From Selaginella moellendorffii (taxonomy: Eukaryota; Plantae; Lycopodiophyta), in assembly GCF_000143415.4 (NCBI RefSeq), contig NW_003314322.1, forward strand, positions 373,430 through 437,429: a DNA stretch of 64,000 bases, read 5' to 3'. The notes beneath the pieces were generated by a model. The model saw nothing but the letters and a program-made list of their open reading frames with translations. It was not told where the DNA came from and searched no databases. The translations under genes were made by a program, and so were the position numbers. Each line of letters starts with the position of its first letter. The first letter of the stretch is position 1. Below are positions 26,533 to 40,163 of the stretch, in pieces.

Positions 26533-27328
26533 AGTAAACTCCTAAATTTAGATTTCCCAGAAGGTCACCCAGCCCAGTACTATTCAAACCCAAGGACACT
26601 TAACCCCAAGTATCCCAAAACCCTTAACCAATTGGAAAAGGGGGTGCATTTTTATTCATGGGCCCTTTCCCTCTATATTTAAAACTTATGGATCATCTCT
26701 CAAGTTGTTCTCTTTGGTTGCTTATAATCCACCACGCTTCCCTACAAGTTCACGTTCCCTTTAGTTGCTTACAATCCACCACGTTTCCTTACAGGTTTAC
26801 GTTCTCTTTGGTTGCTTACAATCCATCACACTTCTCTGCAAGTCATGTTCTTTTTGATTGCTTACAATCCACCACGCTTCCCTACAAGTTCACGCCCTTG
26901 CGAATGGAAGCTGAGAGCCACAGCTCTCCCAAAAGCCCTACTCTCTGGACACCTTACCCCTTAGGTCAAGTTTAGCTGGAGCATACTAAACCATTGCCAG
27001 ATGTCAATCAACATTGGGTGTGATTCCCCGAACCAATCAACATGTGGTGTAATTTCCCTAACCAACCAACAGTGTTGGATCCGAGACCCCTCTAATACCC
27101 AATGTAAACTCTTGAAGGTCTCGGATACCAAAAATGTAAACTCTTGAATTTAGACTTTCTGGGAAGTCACCCAACCCAGTACTATTCAAACCCAAAGATG
27201 CTTAACCCCAAGTATCCCAAAACCCTCAACCAATTGAAAAAAAGGGTGCATTTTTTTTCATCGCCCTCTTCCCTGTATATTCAAACCTCATGAATCATCT
27301 CTCAAGTCTTTTTCTTTGGTTGCTTACA
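26533..27328 (-). mobile_element. TRIM: ~194-bp LTRs (27135-27328 and 26533-26726), PBS 27117-27130, PPT repeated four times
   Basis: Direct repeats; on the minus strand ...GAGTTTACA-tttt-TGGTATCCGAGACC and agggaagcgtggtggat-TGTAAGCAACC; no ORF. A 5' fragment of another LTR copy lies in the opposite orientation at 26456-26532. Confidence 0.85.
26708..26894 (-). repeat. 4 x 47-bp tandem repeat, each unit = PPT + LTR 5' terminus of the TRIM
   Basis: cttaca/cttata ends at 26726, 26773, 26820, 26866. Confidence 0.9.
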
Positions 27329-28388
27329 TCATGACTCCCACTTGCACTCCCACCTATCTGCTTATATATTTGCCCGTGCCTAGTGTGCACACTAATTATC
27401 TTCTATGTGGCCAAAGGCCTAACACTTGGCTAAATTCACACTGTTGCCTATTCAATGTGGCTAGTTGCCCTAACACTTAAATTTCATGATCATAATTGAC
27501 CTAAAAATGTTCATAATTTTTTGAAGCATGGCAGGAACACATCAATTTCCAGAGGTAAACAATCAATTTAACCTTATATTGATTCAAGCTTTTTATCATT
27601 AATCAGGTATATTTTTTATAACAGAATATAATTACTAAATTTTTGACATATGTATTGGCATGAATATGGAAAATAAGATGTTTGTGAAACATCCAATATG
27701 CTTGCTGAATTACACCAAAGTTAGGATCTAGAAGTAGACTAAGTCAAAGTTCCAACAAGCAAGGTTGTCTTTGCAATTTTTTGGTCAAACGATTTTACAA
27801 ATGGCTTGATTATATGCAGATTAAATATTATCATAGAGAGCATTGTGATAAGAATGGGATTCCTTGTCATGGTCAACTTGATTCAACTAGATGAAAATCA
27901 TTATTTCCTCAGAAGCTTTCACCAGATATTCAATATTGGGTGATATATATGATTCAACAGGATTTCACATCAAATCATCAGCATATACAGATTGTGGGAA
28001 GAAATAAATTAGCTAGTAAACCTCCTTGTCAAGCTGATTTCCTAAATGCCGAATATCAATAATCTGCATATAAAGTATTCACTTTCAACTTATAAACTAC
28101 ATAAGAATAATGTTTCATCTTTGGCCCATGATATTACTCCTCACTAGTTCTTGTGTTGCCAGGAACTATTGAGCATTTCTTAAATCCTGGCAACATATGT
28201 TCTCTCTAATGCCAAGTCAAGATCTAGGTAAGTTTATTCGTGAATGTCATAAAAATTGTAACTTGACAAATAATCTGGTAATCTTGCAGGGATCCCAACT
28301 AGTACTCCCTTATCTAAATGTGCTATTTACATCTAGCATCTAGCATCATATATTCCTTTTATAGAATATTATCTAGGAATACTCTGTA

Positions 28389-28414
28389 TGTGTGTGTGTG
28401 TGTGTGTGTGTGTG
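28389..28414. repeat. (TG)n microsatellite
   Basis: Direct reading. Confidence 0.95.
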
Positions 28415-28599
28415 ATAGAACCACTTGACCACACATGGATTCAGCAAACAGATAAAGTACTAACATCTTTCTCCTCCCCTTGATTTTTTTCTCTTCCCTG
28501 CAGGCAGGGCTCTTGCAACTGCATATAGATTAGGTGCAATCAAGAATTCAAGAAACGCCTTAATGATCTTGTTGTAACATCTTCTTCAACGTTGCTTCA

Positions 28600-28985
28600 T
28601 TGGTTCTCTTGGAATCTTCTCTGTACTATCTTGTTGGGACTTATGAAATCCCCCAAGGTCTAAAAGATGATTGCTTTGAGCTTTCACCCTTAGACTCGAT
28701 CTCAAACTCAATCTCGGACTCGGTCTTGGACTTGGTTTTAACATTTTTATATGTCATGACACTTGCCACATGTTCATCATTATTTTATCCCTTTCTAAAG
28801 ACTCACTTATTAATTGTTTCATATGTGTTCCTTAAGCACTTCTTTGAGAGTTCCACTCCCACTCTCGACTTTCCAAGTCAGAAGCTTTTAATCCAAATAT
28901 GTTACACTTGTTAGACTTCTACCTTGGCAAATGCTATATAGCTCACCTTCGGCTCCACTTTGAGACTTATAAATTTGTTCTACTT
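28600..28985 (-). mobile_element. A-related LTR 5' fragment with a short repeat array and a variant core
   Basis: Reverse complement gives caaagtggagccgaagg, aagcttctgacttggaaagtcgagagtgggagtggaactc and agggtgaaagctcaaagc. Confidence 0.7.
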
Positions 28986-29923
28986 CCATTTTGTTTGATA
29001 CATGGTTGAGTTGATGAACAATTATCAAAAGCCTCTTTCTTCAATTGGAATGGTTTTTTGTCATCCTTACGCTGCAAATTTTAGAACTTAGTATATCACT
29101 TATTGTCATTAGTATCTTAAATATTAACCATTCTTCTTACTCTATTGTTTGTTATTCATCTATAGACAATCAACCTTATAGTGTTTAAACTCACTATAAT
29201 GATAACAATCTTACCTATAATTCTTCATAAAGAACATTTTTTACCACATCTAAAGTAGCCATTATAGACTTCAACATGTGATATTTGTTCACATCCTTGT
29301 ATCCACAACAATCATAATGATGATTCTTAACCAAAGGACTCCTCAAATGCTTGAAAGACTTATGTTTGTCATTATTAAGTCGACGAGCCACATCAAAGAG
29401 CTCCTCCAAACTCTTTATAAGTTAGGAATAATCCAAGTGCTACCTCATGTTTTTATTGTGAAGGCCATCAATGAAATAGGACTTATTCTGATTTGGACCC
29501 TTGATTAAAACATAGCTAATCAAGCAACTAAACTTCTCAATATAGTCCCTAGGTATTATTTTCCCTTGCTTTTTGCCCATTCTTCCTTCCCTTTCCAACA
29601 CTCTTGAAGCCAATTTCACTATCAAGCTTGACGAACTTGTTCTGCTTTTCCTGACAAACACTGTAGGTACTCCAAAGGCCTCAGCTATGATTCTATACTG
29701 GACTGGAACAGCAAGGTTGCTTCTCGATCTTCCTCACATTTGTTATTATTCTTCTCAGAACTTGGTAGCCACAATTTTCACTAAAATCTAAAACAAGCAC
29801 TGACTAAAGTCATGCAGATACCCAAGTTCATTCAAAAATCTGGACTGCATAAGGTGCTGTTATAGTAGCATAAATTTTTTTACAATGCTAATCAAAATCT
29901 CTCTCTTTAGCACTTCTTTTTAG

Positions 29924-31256
29924 GTGAAAGTTATTCTTTTTTTTGACACAAGAGAGCGTGCACTTCCATTCATAAGAGAAGCGGCCAAGAAGTACTCCGA
30001 GTTGATGTCTTTCAGATGTGTTTTGTGGAGGCAAGAGGAAGCTTCGATTTGGAAAAGCCGGTAGTTTTAGTGATAATCACGCGAATTGATTCATGCTTTT
30101 GCGTGTGGAGCAGGCTTGGATTAGACTTGGCACCAGCAGTAGTTTTTATCAAAGATCCAGGTGTCCAGCCCATAATTGTTTATGGTAAGAATCTTCTTTT
30201 CGGCAGCTTTGAGATGATTTCTTTCACTTCCGTGACTCCTTCATGGAAACTGTGGAAGAACATAAAGTTCATGGTAAGTACTATGTAGGCTCTTCCTCCT
30301 TTTGCTATCTTTTGAATTGCAATTTGATGTGTGTGCTTTTATTTCTTCCTCAGCTGCAAAGCATCACGGCTTCCAAACTTGGATGTGATCCCGCAGACTT
30401 CTCTGCAGCTGGAAAAGATGTAGAAACATGGTACTGCGTTGTGGTTGCTGGAAGGCCTGGTTTTCAGCTTGATGAACTCTGCAGTGTAAGATTTTTCTTT
30501 CTTGTTGTTTCTAGCTGACGAGTTTCTCATAGTAGACGATCTTGTAAGTGAGGACATTGATAGCCACAATTTTGCTGCTGCCACTGCATACAAAGACAAG
30601 CGTTTGAGCCTCGGCGAAATGCAAAAGGTGGATACTTATATAGCTCGCTGGTTAATTAATCCTTGTTTTTGTGCAGAAATTTTGCTATTACTGCCTCCCT
30701 TTTGAACCCATCCATGAGACTTGTGGGCTGAGGCAGAACCAAGAGCAAGACGTGGCAAGGATTTTTATGATACATTTTAGAAGAGATCCAAACCATCAAA
30801 AGCCGGTGGTGAAGAGAATCAATACCTAGTGGCGTTTGGATGATGAGGAGCAAGATTTAGCATCGATGCTTATTGCTCCATACAGTGATGCAAATGAAAT
30901 CTCGGAGGTTGGTTGGTTTCACTTAGACTTTTTTCTCTTTTCTTCTCTTTTTTTTGCTATATCAAAGAGTTTTTCTGCAGGTTTTATTGTGGATTTCTAA
31001 TAGTGTTCGTAACGGCGACACAAATGAAATTCCATTCTTTGTAAGTGTTGTGGTGTTTTGAAAGTTTGGAGAACTCTTGACTGTGGGATTTTGTTAGAAT
31101 ACTAAGTCGGTGCTGCATTAATACCCGAGGAGCAAGCAGTCTCGATGCTCTCTTCAACACGGAATGCTGTGAATGGAACAAGGAGGAGCTTGATAGACAA
31201 AGTGAACAGTTTAGTTGTGGATCTTATGGACTTTCAATGATAAGATTCCCAATTAT
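29924..31256 (+). pseudogene. Intron-containing 3' fragment of a plant DNAJC16-like gene (J-domain/thioredoxin-like); J domain absent
   Basis: VKVILFFDTRERALPFIREAAK..VLWRQEE/APAVVFIKDPGVQPIIVYG/LPQLQSITASKLGCD..WYCVVVAGR; in-frame TAG at 30827; WLD missing before GEMQK. Confidence 0.7.
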
Positions 31257-31493
31257 GTAAGTACCCTGAGATCTGTTATCAATATAATTATCAAGTATAA
31301 AAACATGAGCATGATATGATATATGAATCATATAAAACAACTGTGAATACATTACATATTTGTATGTATGTTTATTTGACATAAGCTTAACCACATATTA
31401 ACACATACACACATAAGCTTGTTAACGAAGACATTATGAATACGTTCTATATCATGAATGAAATAAATTAGTGCTAGATTAATGATAGATGAA

Positions 31494-32890
31494 TTACCTT
31501 GAGATCTGCAGTATGGCTTCAAGAATGCCGATGAAGTTATGTAGCAGTGCAGTTATATCAGACAGGGCAATCTTTAAGCTTAGAAAACTGTATTTCTTTA
31601 TGGGAATGGAGTGGTTTTGAGTTAATGGTAAAGAGGTGATTTTGAGTTTTGAGTTAATGGCTCTTTGTGTTTGCGTTGCCAAGGAAGCGCTGTAGACGTG
31701 AGAAAAATAATTTTAATTTTATCAGATGCTTCTGGTGGAACCAAAGGGCTCTCTGCCAAGGAAGGAGCTTTCGTGAGAGTAATTAGCAAGAGCCTGTCCT
31801 TGGCTTGTGGCTGCGGATAGAAATTTGAGGCAAAACAGCAGATAAAAATCCAAAATGGGAGGTACCGCTTCAATTCTAGGTTTGCAACCGCTCCATCGAT
31901 TGGGAGGGTGCTTTGCTCAAGCATGCTTTGCAGATTGATATCTAGATGGTATGGTTTCATTTATCCTATTTCTAATCCTAGGTAGGAATTTGTCTTTGTT
32001 CGTAGAGTGACACTACGTTTTTGAGACTATCTGCTATAGAAACATTATCTACCAATACAATTATCAATCTCTACAGGTACATGTCTTTTTCTTTGCTGCT
32101 CTTTTTCCTTGCATATCGCTGTAGAGGTCAAGGGTATTGGATCAGGATGTATTGCGCTCTACCTTGAGATCTGCAGTATTGCTTCAAGAATGCCGATGAA
32201 GTTAGGGCGGGGTTCCATGTGTCCCCCACTTGGAAATTTCTTCACCCTGGAAATTTTTTTTCCCCCCTTCTAATATTTTAAGGTTACATGTAACCCACCC
32301 TTAAAATGCCATGTCATCAATATAGTTTTTGCTAACTCAGCTAAATTTGTTTTGTCTTTTTTAAGCAATGATTACTATTTTTATATGTGGCATTATTTTA
32401 TTGACTTGTTCTACCGGGTTCCAGGCACCGAGAGAAATTTTCGGGGGGGACACCGGGTTCTCCCCTTCCCCCCAATTCCATTGCCATGTCACTGGTGGGG
32501 TACATGAAACAAGGGGTTAAAAATTTCCCCCCTTGAAAAACTTCCCCTGGGGGGATGCATGGAACCCCGCCCTTATGTAGCAGTGCAGCTATATCAGACA
32601 GGGCGATCTTTAAGGTTAGGAAAGGTGACTGAGTGAACTGTATTCTTTATGGGAATGGAGTGGTTTTGAGTTAATGGTAAAGAGGTGATTTTGAGTTTTG
32701 AGTTAATGGCTCTTTGTGTTTGCGTTGCCAAGAAAGCGCTGTGGACGTGACAAAAATAATTCTAATTTTATCAGATGCCTCTGGTGGAACCAAAGGGCTC
32801 TCTGCCAAGGAAGGAGCTTTCTTGAGAGTAATTAGCAAGAGCGTGTCCTTGGTTTGTGGCAGCGGATAGAAATTTGAGGCAAAACAGCAG
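31494..32890. repeat. Local direct duplication (~350 bp: 31494-31840 vs 32160-32890, the second copy interrupted by a MITE) of an unidentified minus-strand coding-like segment
   Basis: Both copies translate to CFASNFYP..LLLITL.KAPSLAESPLVPPEASDKI.IIF.TSTAL.WQRKHKEPLTQNSKSPLYH. Confidence 0.85.
32205..32572. mobile_element. 368-bp Tourist-type (PIF/Harbinger) MITE
   Basis: TIR GGGCGGGGTTCCATG/CATGGAACCCCGCCC; TTA TSD on both sides; empty site gaagTTAtgtag at ~31533-31545. Confidence 0.93.
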
Positions 32891-35174
32891 ACTGGCTTAC
32901 ATCCTTCTCCTATCTTGGCTCTTTTCTTTGCATAAGCAGAATGATCGAGATCAGCAATGCTCAATCCCAGATCCAGGTGACGCTATAGTGGCTATAGATC
33001 CAAGCAAGGATAATTTGAGCACCATGTCGTAGAGCACCAAGGTCATGGCAGCCATCTGGGAGGATATGCCAAGGCTCAAAAATGCTCTCTGCTGCAGGGA
33101 GACATGCAGGAAAATATCCCTATCTTGCTATGAACAACACCAACTACTTTGATCTTGAGCTTTTCTCTATCATATGTTTTGCAACGGTGGATAGTTTCAT
33201 TTAAGTGTTTTCTTCCAGGAATGTTGTCTAAGGTATGCTTGGAACAAATTGCCCAATTCCACCGGGAGCAGACTGGACACAAGTTCCCAGTGGAAGACCA
33301 GATTGGGAAACTGGGAGACCTCTAAAGAGTTGAAGAGATTCATTACAGAATCAGCCAGTCCAGTCTTTGACTTTGAACCAAAACAATGTTCTTCTTGTGA
33401 TGGATGCTGCTCTAGACCTAAACCATGTAATCCATAAACTGGACCTTACGTGGCTCTATCATCAAGGCCACTGCCACTTGAAATGAGGCATAGAGCTGGT
33501 TTTGCAACCTCCACTGTCCTTGGAAATTGGTCATGCTATATGCAACGTGTTCAGAGGTCTACTTCCAAGAAAAACTGAGAGGACTTTGTGAATGCTCTTG
33601 GCCTGGAATCTAAATGGTTTCCCAAACCAAGCCTTGTGTATTCCAGGGAATGCTTCACCACAGTAGCCATCCTGACAAGACCACCTTTGTGCATGCATTG
33701 TATCATGGTTTAAGGGCATAAGGATTGTGCACAGCAGAGACACAACTTGAGAAGCACTCTAAGTGAGGGTCTTGATAGAAGTCTAGGTGCGATATTTGTT
33801 CTGCGATCTGGAAATTTTTTCATCAGTGTCTTGCTGATAGATCTTTAGCAACTAGGAGAGTTTTTCCCATATCAGAGTGGGCAGGATTGTCAAAGTTGAA
33901 AAGCACCTGAATGCAGATTCTTTGCATCTTGAAGAAATTAACGTTGGTGAAGACACTCCAATGATAATTGTTAATGGTCTGGTAAAACAACCATAAGTCC
34001 TTTATGAAATAGATAAATTGCATGTGGAAAAGCAAGAAGATGCTGTGACTTCAAAAACTGGAAACTATAGATGAGTAGGAGCAACAAAATGATGAGTGGA
34101 TGTTTATGAGGTGCATGAAGATATGAGCAATTGCCTCAAACACTAAAAACACTCATTTCTTTTCCTGTCTCAACTGATCATAGTGGTTTAATAGATTTTA
34201 GAGTTGAGAAATCAATCTTCATCAAACCTCCTTACTTGTTGTAATTTATAAATTAACAAATTAAAATTTTAAATTTTTCAATTGGAGACAATCTTGTGGA
34301 TAAATATTTTTTAGATAGCAATCTATCTAAAAAAGGGACTAGCAAAATCTAGAAAATAAGATAATTAAAAAAGTATTAAAATAAAAATATTCAAAAAATT
34401 ATTAAATTTTTATTCTTTTATTGTTTATTTGAAGAGGTTTAGGGTGTCAATGGAGTTACAAAATTCAAATGATAGAGTTAATTCAAGATGATTGTATAAA
34501 TTAAGAATCTTTGTTTTACTTATTATAGTTATCTCTCAATTCCATTCTCACCTGGAGGACTTGGGCAGTTACTATTTGATCACTTTCAAACGACTGCCTA
34601 GATTAAAACACGTGGTAAAAGGGTTGAAATGCTTTTATTCATTTTTTGTGATGGTTGTGCCCCATAAAGAGGCACTTGTGCAAGAGGAGCTTGCCATTTG
34701 TGGATGCAAGGCCACCTGTGTCTTGCTAAAACCAGGAGCAAAGTTGACTGAAGAGCTCAAGTGATGTCTTCTTTCAAAGGCATCCCAATGGTATGGAGTT
34801 GTATGGCATCGAGTCATGGCCAGAATGCCACAGTCTTTTAGCTGGATGGGAACTTTCTCATTGCGTTTCCTCACAGGACTAGACTCAAAACAGAGTCTTC
34901 AAGCTGGGCTTGGACAACACTTTTGATCAATGCTTTTGGCGATCTTGACCTGTGCTGGAACTAATGGTATGTAAGTAAATCTGCAAATCTTTTCCTATCT
35001 TTTTTGTGGCATTCAGGCATCCCTTTTGGCCTTGATGCTGGTACTCCCTGTCCTATTGAATTTGAGAGAGTTGGCCAGCAGTAACAAAGAAATCAGATTC
35101 AAGAGAGAGCTGGCAAGCAAAGATCCATGAAGCTAGAAGCAAAGATCTTGGAGAAGATGGTAATGAAAAGCTTG

Positions 35175-35540
35175 CCTTAGTCCATCAGTATGCTGGATCT
35201 TGCTACTTCCAGGATGGCAAACATTCTTCCAGGAACTTTGTAGAGAAAATTCACATCTTGTGGCAATTCCAGTGATCACTTGGAGGAGCCTCGTCACTGG
35301 GCTCCTGCTTGGCCACTTTTGGTTGTTCCAGCAAAGAACAATGCATTCCTGGCAGCCATGGCGATGCCCATAGTGGTGAGCCCCCAGCTCCAGTCGAATT
35401 GGACGTAGATGATGATTGTGAGTGTGAGGACGCAGCCCATGTCAGGTGTCACTTACAGGGAGCTGAAGAGCATGCTCAGGTTGCCTCTGTCAAATTGATT
35501 TCCAAAGACAACGACGTTGGATTTGATCTTCACCTTGAAT
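35175..35540 (-). pseudogene. Fragment of an NRT1/PTR (NPF) transporter gene
   Basis: IKSNVVVFGNQFD, GCVLTLTIIIYVQFDWSWG, ALFFAGT, GSPVTRLLQVI, SKIQHTDGLR, in broken frames. Confidence 0.7.
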
Positions 35541-37293
35541 AGATGAGAAATTTAGTGTTTGGCATTTTGTCTCAATTGTTTTAGTTCTTGGCCATTGAGA
35601 AGCAAGTTTCTTGAGAACAGCTACAATGCTCATGGGAGTAAGCTTACTTTTTTCATGATGAGATAAATAGCCAAAAAACTTTATTAGTGTATTGATATTT
35701 TAACACATGATAAATTATATCTTCCCATGGATATTACTCTTTTGGCCAAGAAGCTATCAATAATTCAATTGCTATTTATATAATCTTTTATGTCAACATA
35801 TATAACTACTTTTATAACAATTAGCAATTAACAATTAGGTATACAGTTATGTATCAATATAATTGCTATGAAATTGAGTTATATTATTTAGTGTCAGTAA
35901 TGTATTAGTCAGATGTACTAACTAATTGTAATAACACTTTGAGAATTAACAAAATCAAACCCCCTTAATACTATTAATTTTTTAGTGTTAAATATACTTT
36001 AGTTTTGCTTCTTTTTCATAAGGTAGTGATACAATCTATGGACATTCATTTCTGATGGAATAGCAATGGGTTTATAGCTCTTATCTTTATGAAAACTTAT
36101 GAGTTTCTAAGTTTAAAGCTAACATTTCAAACTAAATTGATTTTACTAGTAGTCTTCTGTAACCAAGTGTAATCAATAGTGAAATGTTTTTATTAACATG
36201 AAATCTTTCTTAGAAAAGGTTAATTATGGCTTATCTGCAAACCAGAAGAAAAACTATTAAGGAAATCCCTCAAAACTCTTTGCTAAGATACTTTCTAATA
36301 TTTAAGTCAGGTATATTATAATTTCACTTTTTTATATTAGGTCAAGTTCTATAGAACAAAATGTTTACATGCTTTGGTTATCTATATGCTAAGTCCATTT
36401 ACAATATCAATATATTCCTACCTTCATAAAAAATATGTATAAAACTATTATTCATAAAATAAATCAAATTTACTAAAATAACACTCCCAGTGGTGTGGAT
36501 TTGGGACTTTTGGACATGTATTACTTAGAAATTGTTAGGCTCTAGCATTTCCTAGGTTTAAGGGATCTATGAAATGAAAGTATTAAAGATGGGTTTTACA
36601 ACGTCATAAAATATAAGAATATTATAAGCTAAATTTAAAGAGTGAATTTGAATATTATAAAATAGAAAATTAATATTTGCTATGTAGAACGTTTAGTTAA
36701 AAACCAGATAATAGATTTGGTATTTGAAGCAGGAAAGAAAATAAAAGAGGTTGGTACAATTTTGAGATACATATTAATATTAATATCAGTAAGTAATTAA
36801 GTTTTTAGTATTTAAAGGAATCTTATTATTTAAGTATCAAACATATAAATGATAATACTAGAGAATGAAAAATTGAAAGAATAAAATGTAATAAAATCAC
36901 TTTACTCACAAATGATTAGCTGCATTTAACAATATAAATTTCTTTAGAATGAAAGTAGAAAATAAAATAATGTTATATTTTTTTAACTTCAATATTTTAA
37001 TTATAATATATTAAATCAACTAATTTATTAAAAAACATGATTTACATAGTAATGTGTTGGATATAAGTTTATAATTTAAAATATAATTTTTTTGTAATCA
37101 AGATTAGTATCATGTTCTACTTTATCTAATTTCTGAATTGTAGGTCAGATTTAATCAATAATTAGTGATATATTTCTAAATTGAAATTATCTAGATTTTA
37201 GATAGATATGATTTGAAATTGTTTACCTAGAGACAATCTTGTAGAAAATTGTTAAAAGTTTTAAGCTTTCCTAAATTTTTTAACTCTTAACTT

Positions 37294-37355
37294 GTATATA
37301 TATATATATATATATATCTGTGTGTGTGTGTGTGTGTGTATATGTATGTATATAT
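37294..37355. repeat. (TA)n(TG)n compound microsatellite
   Basis: Direct reading. Confidence 0.9.
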
Positions 37356-37631
37356 AAAATATAAAATATAAAATAAGAAAGACCTCCCATTACACAAAAG
37401 AGAGAGGTACAAAAAATACCAATTATTTACTTTAGATCCTTTATAAATTGAGGAAGGTCTTAGTTTTGACTTTGCTGGTTAAGAAAATTACATCATATAT
37501 AAAGATTCACATTTGGTAATTCAATTCACTCCAGCTAGGCTAAACCTAAGGGGCAAAATGTCAAAAGAGTGGAACTTTTGGGAGAATTACAATTTTTAAT
37601 TTTCATTTCTAAGGGAGTCAATTTGCAAAGT

Positions 37632-38286
37632 TGTAAGTGATTAATTTTTCCATTTTACTTTAGTCACTTAACCACACCTCTGACCACTTGTTGGAGTCTC
37701 ACTCACAATCTCCATAAATTTTATTCCAGACTTGGGCTTGCTAGCCTCGATAATGGAATCCTTGCCACTCAAACTTTGCACTTGGCCCAAGTGCTCCATG
37801 TGTTCAATCCCATGATCGACACCCCAAGGTACCACTGACATATCAGCTTATTACGTTAAGGCCATGCCCCTTCACCTTTGTCATATTGGTGGTCTAACCC
37901 CATTTGCATCACAGTCCCGTTTCTCAAAAACTAGGCCATCCATCCATGAGTGATCATCTTAGATCCACTCATTAGCATTCTTAGGATGCCCACAAGCATG
38001 GGGAATAGCCTTCCTCAATATCCCTTTTCGGTTCCCACTAAGTCCCTTTCTGTCCATGGCCGTGGTCGCTAACACTGCCATTGGATTAAGGCCCACAGGC
38101 CTAACCACTAACTTCCACGGTCCTTTGGGACTTCCTCCTCACATGATCGTATCCTTGGTCTTTACACCAAAGGATTACTCCTTTTCCTTTTCACAGTCTG
38201 GGACTTTGGGACAACATTTAGGAACACCGTAGCCTTACGCGAACCTCGTGAGTACTCTCCCCACCTTCCGCCTTTGGGTGCTCTAG
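37632..38286 (-). mobile_element. 3' part of a family A LTR, interrupted by a family C element
   Basis: Reverse complement of 42790-43448 (ends ...aatcacttaca). Confidence 0.85.
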
Positions 38287-40163
38287 TGTCGCAAATCTGA
38301 TTTCGGGTATCGAAAGTTACCTGTCGGCCAATCCTTATGGACACTCTTTCCTTACTGCCATAACGGCAGGAAGTCGGTATTTCTAGACTCGTTATCAGTT
38401 TCCCACTTGAGCTAGTTGAGAAACTGGTCAATGACCATGTACTAAGATTGGATAAACATAAGGTAGGAACCCTATGTGTTTCTTGTTGAGCATACTCCAC
38501 CTGGTTTAAGAAACTTGAGTCATTGGCTTGCACTTGCTAGTATCAAGAACCCCCGCGATATTGAGATTGGTCCTTCAATATTCGCTAAATGATAGCTTAC
38601 CGTGTTTGCCAAACACCCTTGCTATCATGCCCTTTCTGTTAGTCTCATTTTGGTCCCAAATGCTATTTATGGAAAACATCTAGATTTTCTCATTTGGCAT
38701 ATTTACAGAATGTAGAGATTGTCTTGAACACAATGGTGTTCGTCCTGTGTCCAAATTCGCAATCTAGTGCCATTCTATATTTAGTAAGTTTTAAGTTTGT
38801 CCCAGAGATTAACTCCTGATACTAAGGGAGGCTTGGGGTGAAAGCCCAAAGCATGTGTTCCTCAAGGGAGGGGGGTTGTGGGGGGTTCCAAATGTATAGT
38901 AAAGATAGTGGGTAGGTCAGGCATGGCTGACCAACTTGAGGCATAATCTAGTTTCTGCTTACGTGTCTGTCCTTGTTCTGCGTCCGGCTTGGGTCTAAGC
39001 CCAAGTTCCATTCCATGCTAGCTGGTGGAGTACCTATATCCTTGCGTTAGGCCACCAGTATGCCAAAATAGCACCAGACTCCGTTTGACTCTATTTTGCA
39101 TACTGGTCTTGGCATTGGGATGCTGGTTACTCTAGGACTATTCCAAGTCGCTCTGGGCTCCTGTCCCTTTGCTCCTTGGGCTGTATGCTCGGGAGTTGCT
39201 CCATGGTCTGGTTCTGTCACTCCTTGGCTCCATGCTTGGGAGTTTGGCACCGTTCTTTCTTTTAGTGGCCCAAGACCCTGAACCTCGGGTTCCGCACCAC
39301 TGTCCTTTGGACACATGGCATATGACACATGGCATGTGTCACGTGGTATAAAGAGGGTTTAGATTCCGCTTTGTGGCATTATCCTATGGTAAATCACTAT
39401 AGGATAAAGGGTCAAAACCACGTGTGCTACATTTGGTATCAGAGGATACGTCTCAGTGAGTACTATCCAATGAGATTGGGCAACTAGTCTCGTTACATAC
39501 ATAGAGATGAAAATGATGAAAGTAACCAAATCCATTACCAAGGAACGAATGTGAAGTTTTTGCACCAAAACGTGTACCCACTTAGATGTTGTGCCTTATG
39601 ATGTGAGCTTGCTCTTGGGCTCACATGATGGATTTAAGGTGTACCATTTTACATGAGTTTGTGCTTGGGCTCGTGAGTGAGGCACATTAGCAACTCAAGG
39701 TTACACTTTGAGTTGGCAGGATTAATGTTAGCCTATCGGTGGTTCCATGAGTTATTCCTTATACCGTGGGTTTAAGTAAACTTTCCTTGGGTTTGTTGTG
39801 AGTGGCATAGGCTAGTTTGTAACTGTTTAGCACGGCACTAGTGGATCCTTCTTAGGCATGACTACAAGTGGATCAATCATGACTGCAGGGATTAGTCTAT
39901 TGATTCAAGTAGTCATTACCGTGCTCTCTCATAAACTTTTTTTGGATTGGACTGAAGGCAGTGCAAACCCAAGTTTGAGGTTTGGTTAAAGATGAGACCG
40001 AAAAGAGAGTTATCAAGAACGAAGGATCAAACACGTAAATCATTTTCTCTCCTTGGAGAGATGATTTGCAGCAAAGTGTGACTCATTGCTCGTGTTCACA
40101 ATATGCAATCAAGAGTCCCTACTTTGATGCATGTTGGAAATGATGGTCTTGCAAGTGGTGAGT
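38287..40163 (+). mobile_element. Family C non-autonomous element: 5' LTR 38287-39431, PBS 39434-39444, ~0.73-kb non-coding internal domain, PPT-like 40151-40163; matching 3' LTR absent
   Basis: TGTCGCAAAT...GTGCTACA-tt-TGGTATCAGAG; internal domain homologous to 4112-4836. Confidence 0.85.

Noticed and set aside
26456-27328. Single large TIR (DNA) transposon
   Set aside because: The apparent TIR is an opposite-strand fragment of the same TRIM LTR; flanks ACCTC/TCATG are not a TSD
27400-29900. Possible decayed DNA-transposon coding sequence
   Set aside because: Short broken frames without an identifiable catalytic motif
33000-34900. Short ORFs between the duplication and the NPF fragment
   Set aside because: No family could be recognised; left unannotated
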